Assembly: GCA_964422115.1 (NCBI GenBank)
Contig: CAYQZU010000010.1
Location: 16,646 to 80,645 of the forward strand
Source: an uncultured Solirubrobacteraceae bacterium
GTDB lineage: Bacteria > Actinomycetota > Thermoleophilia > Solirubrobacterales > Solirubrobacteraceae
Reading direction: 5' to 3'
Length of the DNA stretch: 64,000 nucleotides
Numbering within the stretch: position 1 is the first letter of the stretch; every line of letters begins with the position of its first letter. This document shows, one piece after another, positions 57,658 to 64,000 of this stretch. A program made the position numbers and the translations under genes. The notes under the pieces are model-generated. The model saw nothing but the letters and a program-made list of their open reading frames with translations. It made no database searches and had not been told where the DNA came from.

Positions 57658-58493
57658 GCGCCCTCGCCGACCCCGACCGTGCGTCCGAATCGCGCGCCGT
57701 CGTGACGGCGTGCGACGCGAACTACTTCCAGGGTCTCCTTGCACTGCACGCCTCGGTACAGGCCTCCGCTCCGTGCCCGGTGCTCTGCTACGACCTCGGT
57801 CTTACTGCGCCCCAGCGGGCGCAAGCGGAGCGGCGGCCGAACCTGTCGGTGGCGGACCTGCCGGCGGACCCGCTGATCGAGGAGCTGATCGACGCCACGC
57901 GCGAGGACGCGCCGCTGGCCAAGTCCGACAAGCGCCTGTGGCCGCTGTGGATCTGCCCGCTGCTGATCCGCGCGGCACCGCTGCGCGACGTGGTGTGGCT
58001 CGACTGCGACCTACTTGTGCTGCGAGGGCTCGATGAGCTGTTCGCGCTGCTCGACACCGGACCCGTCTTCACGCCGGAGCTTCATGCGCCGGAGCTGACC
58101 CCGAACCACCCGGAGCTCTACCGCCTTATGCCGATTCGGCGCGAGTTCGACCAGTTGCTCCCGGTCGTCAACGCCGGTGTGTCCGGATGGCGGCATGGCC
58201 GCGACGACGCCGCGCTGGCCGCCTACATCCTGCCCGTGGCGACCGCCGCGCGTGACCGCGCGGTACGGGATGCGATCGCATGGTGGGACCAGGGGGCGCT
58301 GATCTGGGCGATTCAGTCGCTCGGGCTCGAGCATCGCGTGCTGTCATCACCGGCCTGGAACCTGCCGGTTGCACAGGCCGACCTCGCGCCGGAAGCGTTG
58401 ACCTGGAACGACGGTCTGCTCGCCCGGCTTCAGGCGGCTCTACCCGCGGTCAGGATCGTCCACTGGAACGGGCGGCCGGCGCCATGGACTTGA
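57654..58493 (+). CDS. GT8-like nucleotide-diphospho-sugar transferase
   Basis: GTG 57654 overlaps the upstream stop (GTGA). AVVTACDANYFQGLLALHASV and VVWLDCDLLVLRGLDELF (DxD) resemble GT8/GT-A. Confidence 0.65.
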   Translation: MSALADPDRASESRAVVTACDANYFQGLLALHASVQASAPCPVLCYDLGLTAPQRAQAERRPNLSVADLPADPLIEELIDATREDAPLAKSDKRLWPLWICPLLIRAAPLRDVVWLDCDLLVLRGLDELFALLDTGPVFTPELHAPELTPNHPELYRLMPIRREFDQLLPVVNAGVSGWRHGRDDAALAAYILPVATAARDRAVRDAIAWWDQGALIWAIQSLGLEHRVLSSPAWNLPVAQADLAPEALTWNDGLLARLQAALPAVRIVHWNGRPAPWT

Positions 58494-59469
58494 GCGCGGC
58501 GGCGACGAGCAACAGCCGCCGCCATTCGATTACCAGATGCAGGCGGAAGGCGAGCGCGTAGGCCGCAACGACGAGCAGGAAGCGGAGGTCGTCGCGAGCA
58601 GCGTCGAGAGCGAGCGCCAGCGGACCCCATGCCTTGTAGAAGCTGTCCTCGATGAGGGGCAGGTATCGCTGGCCACCGCGCCGGAACGCGGTGACCTGGA
58701 AGCCCCCGTGCACGGTCTTGAACGTCTCGTAGACGAGGTAGAGGCCCGCGACTCCCCAGAGCACTGGCCCGGTGCGGGCGAGCGCCAGAGCTGCCCCGAA
58801 CGAGACCGCTTCGATCGGCAGGATGATTCCGATCATCACGGCTTCGAGCCGGAAGGTGCCGTGCCGGTGCGCCACCGTGCTCAGTCCGGCACGCTGATCC
58901 GCTTCGGCGCCCTGGACCTGGTGGGAGAGGATCCCCCGCAGCCCGGCGGCAGCCGCCCACACGATCACGCAGGCCGACAAACCCAAGCTGACAGGCCGGC
59001 GGTACCACTCAGCCCACGCAACCAGCGCGAGCACGGCCGGGTAAGCGTGCGCCGCAAGCCCATCGACCGCTGCCCCAAGCCACTCGCGCTCCTTCAGACG
59101 GATCGGAGGCACCGAATAGATCAGCGGCAGTCCGAGCTCGACCCCGGTGACGGCCGTCCCGGCGGCACCGGCGGCCAGCGTGGCGAGCAGCACCGCGACC
59201 AGCGCCGAGCCGGCGGCGATCACCGCCACACGCCGTCGACCGACAGCGGCCGCGGCGTTGTCGCGCCCCAGCAGCGCGTCCTCGCGCAGGTCGTACAACT
59301 CGTTGATCGCATAGCCGTAATTGGCGACCGCGCAGACGGTCGCCGAAACCGACAGGGCCATAGCGAGGGCGTCACCCGAGAATCGATGTCCGTCAAGCAA
59401 GACCAGCAGGAGCGTGATCGTGAACGGGACCTTGCTGAACCACCACGCGCGTGGTCTGACGAGGATCAC
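58450..59469 (-). CDS. UbiA-family integral-membrane prenyltransferase
   Basis: First Asp-rich motif NELYDLREDALLGRDN. About 8-9 TM helices. GTG 59469 overlaps the stop of the upstream gene (GTGA). Confidence 0.8.
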   Translation of the reverse strand: MILVRPRAWWFSKVPFTITLLLVLLDGHRFSGDALAMALSVSATVCAVANYGYAINELYDLREDALLGRDNAAAAVGRRRVAVIAAGSALVAVLLATLAAGAAGTAVTGVELGLPLIYSVPPIRLKEREWLGAAVDGLAAHAYPAVLALVAWAEWYRRPVSLGLSACVIVWAAAAGLRGILSHQVQGAEADQRAGLSTVAHRHGTFRLEAVMIGIILPIEAVSFGAALALARTGPVLWGVAGLYLVYETFKTVHGGFQVTAFRRGGQRYLPLIEDSFYKAWGPLALALDAARDDLRFLLVVAAYALAFRLHLVIEWRRLLLVAAALKSMAPAARSSGRS

Positions 59470-60680
59470 GCGTCGCTTCGCACCGTCGAAGCTCCCAGCT
59501 GTTGGCGGAGCTCGCGGATCTGGGACTCCAGACGCGCCTGCTCGCTGCGGACGACGGCGCGCAGACGCATGATCTCGCCCTCGTCCCGGGCGCGTTGCTC
59601 GTTCACGGCCACACTTGCGGCTTCCACCTCCGCCTGCAGCCGCAGCTGTTCGCTGCTTACAAGCGCCCGCAGGCGTTCGATCTCGCGTTCGTGCCCGAGC
59701 AGTAGCTTTTCTTGCACCGCAGCCCGCTCGATGATCTCCCGGCGCACCCGCTCAGCGTCCGTCAGCGCCCACGCGGCGACGCGGTCGACGAGCAGTTCCT
59801 CGGGCACGGTTAGTGCCTGGGTCTGCGGTTGCAACGTCTCGAGCCAACCCCAGAGCGCCCGCTGGCGGAAGCTGAGCGATTCCTCGTCGGCGAAAGCACT
59901 GGGCGCAGCCGCGTCGGACCGCACCTCGGGGGCGAAGACGGCGGCTGCCGCAGCTGGCTCGACCTGCCGGCGTCGATCGGGCTCGAGCGTCGCGGCCGCA
60001 TCACGGACCAGCTGCTCGGCAGCCCCCGGCGTGCCGAGTGCGGCGTACGGCGCAACGGTCACCTGGGCACCCTGAAGACGGCGCAGTAGCTCCACCAGAT
60101 GAAGCTCCCACGCGGCGAGCGCAAAGGGCACCGGCGACCCGTCGCGCGCCGCCAGCGAGGCGGCGACCTCGAGCGGGTGGCGCACCACCAGGACGGGCGC
60201 GAATCGCTCGGCCAGGATCGGCAGCCAGAGGTCGAGCAGCATGCCGATCCGCGGGTCTTTGAGAACCACGGGCAGCGGACCCGCCTCGGTGACTAGCTCG
60301 TCGAGAACGACCTGCGCGCGACCTCGATCGACGCCGCCGGGCTCGTATCGCGATCCGGCTCGCGGCGGCTGAAACCAGGTCGCGCCGGCCGCGCAGAGAA
60401 TCTGATCGTTGAGCTCAACGATCTCACGGCGCTCGAAATAGCCCCGCGGATTGGCCCAATTTGGCGCCAGCAGCCCCGACGGCGGACCGGAATGGAAGCC
60501 TGCCGCAACGAACATGCTTGCGACCGCACTCGTACCGCTACGGCTCATTCCGAGGATCACGACGCCGGCCGCGCGGTGACCGACGACCGGCGGGAATCTC
60601 GAGGCACCGACCTGGGATGCGGCCACTCCCAGCCCAACGGAGTGGCCGCCGTCGCGGTCCGACCCGGGAATCCACGCCAT
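59466..60680 (-). CDS. sulfotransferase-like domain fused to C-terminal coiled-coil region (paralog of 49547..50752)
   Basis: VILGMSRSGTSAV, LKDPRIGMLLDLW, VRHPLEVAASLAARDG. The C-terminal ~110 aa are heptad-like (EREIERLRALVSSEQLRLQAEVEAASVAVNEQRARDEGEIMRLRAVVRSEQARLESQIRELRQQL). Confidence 0.7.
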   Translation of the reverse strand: MAWIPGSDRDGGHSVGLGVAASQVGASRFPPVVGHRAAGVVILGMSRSGTSAVASMFVAAGFHSGPPSGLLAPNWANPRGYFERREIVELNDQILCAAGATWFQPPRAGSRYEPGGVDRGRAQVVLDELVTEAGPLPVVLKDPRIGMLLDLWLPILAERFAPVLVVRHPLEVAASLAARDGSPVPFALAAWELHLVELLRRLQGAQVTVAPYAALGTPGAAEQLVRDAAATLEPDRRRQVEPAAAAAVFAPEVRSDAAAPSAFADEESLSFRQRALWGWLETLQPQTQALTVPEELLVDRVAAWALTDAERVRREIIERAAVQEKLLLGHEREIERLRALVSSEQLRLQAEVEAASVAVNEQRARDEGEIMRLRAVVRSEQARLESQIRELRQQLGASTVRSDA

Positions 60681-60899
60681 CGCTTGAGCCTATCTGCTGT
60701 CGTGGGGCGCGCTGCACAGCGGGACACCGGTTGTGCCCGGCCGCTCTGCCCGCTGACGATCGAGCGCGCGGTTAGGGCGTATGCGATTGGCTAGGCGACG
60801 CGCGACTGCGATCTTCCCGAAGCGCGCAACGCGCAAGTTGTAAGCTCGGACGGTCCGCCAGTCGGCCGCACCGGCAGCCTGGCGATCCCCGTCCTCGGA

Positions 60900-61943
60900 A
60901 TGTCGGATCACCCAGACGCGTCGGCTGAGTTGCGGTTGGCGCGGGCGACAGCTGCGGCGCTTGGCTTTCTCGGTCGACGTCAGCTGCCCAACGGCCAGTT
61001 CGAAATGCGGATGGGCGGGCGGTTGCACAGCAGTGCTGACGGGGTCTCCGATTCCTGTACGTTCGCCACCGCGCTGATCGTCTACTCGCTCGGCTTCTCG
61101 GGCACGGTTGCGGCGCGCGAGATCATCGCCCGCGCCTTGCCGTTCCTCCAAGCGGAGTTGCTACCCAACGGTGTCTGGAAGTACTGGACAGCCGACCACC
61201 CGGGCCGTCAGTCGATGCCGCCCGACGTAGACGACACCGCTTGCATCTCCCACACGCTGCGCGCCCACGGCCTTGAGGTTCCGGACAATCGGAGGCTGCT
61301 GGCGGCGAACCGTGATCGCCGGGGGCGCTTCTACACGTGGCTGGCGCCCAGGTTGGCGCCGCCACCGCGCAACGTCGATTACTGGCGCATCGTGCTTGGG
61401 CAAGTGCGCACGCGCGCCCGCTCGCGCGCGTTCTGGACCAACAACAACCTCTCGCCCAAGGACGTGGCCGCTGTTGTCAATGCCAACGTCCTGCTCTACC
61501 TCGGAGATTGCCGGGCAACGGGCCGCGTCAGCGATTACCTGCACGACGTGCTTCGAAGCGAGGGCGAGGCGGATTCGGACCAGTGGTACCGCAGTCGTTT
61601 CGCCTTCTACTATGCCGTGTCTCGCTGCGCGTACGCCGGGATCGAGTCAGTGACGCCGCTGCTCGACGTGATCGTGGAGCGGATCCTTGCCGCGGCAGGC
61701 GCCGGCGGAGTGATCGGCGCTGACGCACTGGACACCGCACAGGCAGTGTGCGCGCTCCAGAACTGCGGGCACTCTGGAGCCGACCTGGATTCAGCCGTAG
61801 AGTTCCTACTTTCCAGACAATCCGCTGAGGGGGGATGGTCGATTGCGCCCTTCTATTTTGGCGGCGACGTGCAGTTCGGCTCGGAGGAGGTCTCGACAGG
61901 CTTCGCCTTAGAGGCGCTCTCCCGATACCGCGCAGGCGGGTAG
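60900..61943 (+). CDS. prenyltransferase/squalene-oxidase-repeat (alpha/alpha-toroid, terpene-cyclase-like) protein
   Basis: Repeated LL..Q..(D/N)G.W motifs (FLGRRQLPNGQFEM, LQAELLPNGVWKYW, FLLSRQSAEGGWSI) and a DVDDTA motif. Confidence 0.7.
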   Translation: MSDHPDASAELRLARATAAALGFLGRRQLPNGQFEMRMGGRLHSSADGVSDSCTFATALIVYSLGFSGTVAAREIIARALPFLQAELLPNGVWKYWTADHPGRQSMPPDVDDTACISHTLRAHGLEVPDNRRLLAANRDRRGRFYTWLAPRLAPPPRNVDYWRIVLGQVRTRARSRAFWTNNNLSPKDVAAVVNANVLLYLGDCRATGRVSDYLHDVLRSEGEADSDQWYRSRFAFYYAVSRCAYAGIESVTPLLDVIVERILAAAGAGGVIGADALDTAQAVCALQNCGHSGADLDSAVEFLLSRQSAEGGWSIAPFYFGGDVQFGSEEVSTGFALEALSRYRAGG

Positions 61944-62152
61944 GACGCAGACGCAAAGGCGCACCAACACGGCTGGCCCGTCACGGAACGGGAGCAGTTG
62001 ACCGCCTTGAACTGCGGCCTAGCCCCAGACGCCGGCACACGCGCCAGCGACAACACGGGTCACGTCAGTCGCGCGATGGGCGGGTCGGCAAGCGTGTTGA
62101 GCAACGCTCTGAACCAGTCGGGCGGCACGGCACGTCCTACTTGCCCACCCCA

Positions 62153-62225
<73 letters not shown>

Positions 62226-62356
62226 TTGTTGCCTGCGGAGGCGCGCTTGACGCGAAACAACGCGTGTGCGCGATGCAGGGCCTGCGGATGTTAGCGGCGA
62301 TGGATCCTCGCGGGCCAGTACCGAATCGGCGATTTCAGCGAGGCGCTCGGGCGCTG

Positions 62357-63142
62357 TCAGTCGCGCTTTGGCGCCCTCGGAAAGAAGCCGCTGGTTCGCT
62401 CGATGTAGTCGCGGTAGCCGGGTCGGCGCTCTTCGATGTCCTTCTCGAGGATCGGCTTGCCGCTGACGCGCGTGAGGATCAGCGTGTCGACGGCAGAGCC
62501 GACGAGGCCCCAGGCGGCGGCCCAGCCGGCGCCGAGCGCGATCAGGCCGAATCCCCACCAGATCGTCGTGTCGCCGAAGTAGTTGGGGTGGCGGCTGTAG
62601 CGCCAGAGTCCCTGGTTCATCACCTTGCTCTTGTTCGCGGGGTCGGCCTTGAAGCGGTCGAGCTGTAGGTCGCTGATCGCCTCGAAGCCGAAGCCGACGA
62701 GCCAGACCGCGCCGCCGACGATGTCCCAGACCCCGAGTCCGTGGCCGCCGCCGAGCGACCCTGCCGCCTGCAGCGGCAGGGAGATGATCCAGCAGACGAC
62801 CGCCTGTGTGAGGAAGACGCGGCGCAGCGACGTGAGCCAGAAGCGGTCGCCGTCACGCGCGCGCATCGCGACGTAGCGGCGGTCCTCGCCGTGGCCGAAG
62901 TTTCGGCGCGTGATGTGAAACGCGAGCCGGACGCCGTAGACGGTCACGAGGGAGGCGAGGAGCAGGCGGCGTCCTTCGGAGCCGTGACCGTAGGCGACGG
63001 AGATCCACGCGACGACGACGAAGCCCAGGCCCCAGAAGCTGTCGACGATCGACGCGTCCCGCAGCGGCACGCTTGCGACCCAGATCGCAAAGAACAGCGC
63101 GAGGACGGCGATCGCGCTGGCTAGCATCACGGTTGCGGTCAC
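62357..63142 (-). CDS. DUF1295 (steroid 5-alpha-reductase/ICMT-like) membrane protein
   Basis: NQGLWRYSRHPNYFGDTTIWWGFGLIAL is the family's C-terminal signature. Multiple TM helices. Confidence 0.8.
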   Translation of the reverse strand: MTATVMLASAIAVLALFFAIWVASVPLRDASIVDSFWGLGFVVVAWISVAYGHGSEGRRLLLASLVTVYGVRLAFHITRRNFGHGEDRRYVAMRARDGDRFWLTSLRRVFLTQAVVCWIISLPLQAAGSLGGGHGLGVWDIVGGAVWLVGFGFEAISDLQLDRFKADPANKSKVMNQGLWRYSRHPNYFGDTTIWWGFGLIALGAGWAAAWGLVGSAVDTLILTRVSGKPILEKDIEERRPGYRDYIERTSGFFPRAPKRD

Positions 63143-63184
63143 TGTGCACTCACCGTAGCGGACGACGCTCGGGCGCAGGCGTCG

Positions 63185-64000
63185 CTATCCGCGAACCCGA
63201 GCCGACTCCGGGTCAAACAGCGGCTCGGTCGCGATCTCCCCGGCGACCCATTCGCCGAACACGTCGATCTCGACAGCAGTCCCCTCGGCGTGCTGGGCGG
63301 GCACGTAGGCGTAGGCGATCGAGCGCTCGATCGTGTAGCCGTAGCCGCCGCTGGTGACGCGTCCGACGATCTCGCCGTCGATCCGGACCGGCTCGTTGCC
63401 GAGCGCGACCGCGTGCGGGTCGGCGAGCGTGATGGCACGCAGCCGGCGCTCCGGCACGCTGAGCGCGTCCGAGCCGATGAACGTCTTGTCGGAACGCACG
63501 CAGAACCCGAGCCCGGACTCGAGCGGCGTGTCGTCGGGCGTGATGTCCGCGGCCCACACCCGGTAGCCCTTCTCGAGCCGCAGCGAGTCGATCGCGCGGT
63601 AACCGCCGGCGAGCATCCCGTGCGGCTGGCCCGCCTCCCACAACGTGCTCCACAACGCTGCGCCGTACTCGGTCGGGCAGTAGAGCTCCCAGCCGAGCTC
63701 GCCGACGAACGTCACGCGCAGCGCCCTGACCGGCACGTCACCGACCGTGATCTCGCGCAGGCGCATGTAGCCGAAGTCGAGTGGGTCGCTCGTCAGCGGC
63801 GCGAGGATGTCGCGCGCGCGAGGACCCCACAGGCCGAAGCACGCCCAGCTCGCGGTGACATCGGTGAGCCGGACCGACCCGTCGTCCGGCAGGTGGCGCG
63901 TTATCCAGCCGCGGTCGTGGTTGCCGAACGCCGTGCCGGTGACGATCCCGAACCGCTCCTGCGCGAGGCGGGACACGGTGAAGTCGCACTCGATCCCGCC
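63185..64000 (-). CDS. GcvT-like aminomethyltransferase domain, C-terminal part of a dimethylglycine/sarcosine oxidase-dehydrogenase-type protein (5' end outside window)
   Basis: GELGWELYCPTEYGAALWSTLWEAG, GYRAIDSLRLEKGYRVW, GNEPVRIDGEIVGRVTSGGYGYT. The frame stays open to nt 64000 (GGIECDFTVSRLAQ...). Confidence 0.85.
   Translation of the reverse strand, partial: GGIECDFTVSRLAQERFGIVTGTAFGNHDRGWITRHLPDDGSVRLTDVTASWACFGLWGPRARDILAPLTSDPLDFGYMRLREITVGDVPVRALRVTFVGELGWELYCPTEYGAALWSTLWEAGQPHGMLAGGYRAIDSLRLEKGYRVWAADITPDDTPLESGLGFCVRSDKTFIGSDALSVPERRLRAITLADPHAVALGNEPVRIDGEIVGRVTSGGYGYTIERSIAYAYVPAQHAEGTAVEIDVFGEWVAGEIATEPLFDPESARVRG

Overview
High-GC, densely coding chromosomal segment. It looks actinobacterial, in a Thermoleophilia / Conexibacter-Solirubrobacter style, but that taxon is only a guess from protein style. 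I found about 57 supportable protein-coding genes or gene remnants and one tRNA-Thr(GGU). I saw no rRNA, CRISPR array, transposase, integrase or phage genes. Many long Arg/Pro/Ala-rich antisense ORFs in the track are high-GC artefacts. Content from left to right: a glycosyltransferase 3' end; a LysR remnant; an ECF sigma module followed by three secreted proteins; a LuxR-type regulator, USP and beta-carbonic anhydrase; and a beta-helix protein plus a 2080-aa FG-GAP/Ig/MBG surface protein. Next come a sulfotransferase, DUF2252, SDR, a cNMP-binding TrxR-like flavoprotein, FUSC, acylphosphatase, a disrupted HD-GYP gene, a CPA2 antiporter and a hybrid histidine kinase. These are followed by three tandem TolB-like propeller paralogs, a peptidoglycan-binding hydrolase-like protein, an arylsulfotransferase, and an Ig-repeat/G1 glutamic peptidase coupled to a GH16. 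The last block, at 49.5-62 kb, is an 11-gene glycan-modification cluster that ends next to tRNA-Thr. My best candidate for an undescribed system is that cluster. Two inverted paralogous sulfotransferase-coiled-coil proteins bracket it. Inside are a methyltransferase-coiled-coil-GT2-GT4 fusion, further methyl- and glycosyltransferases, a WcbI-like protein and a UbiA prenyltransferase. No recognisable initiating transferase, flippase, polymerase or exporter is present. All family assignments come from motif recognition by eye, with no database search.
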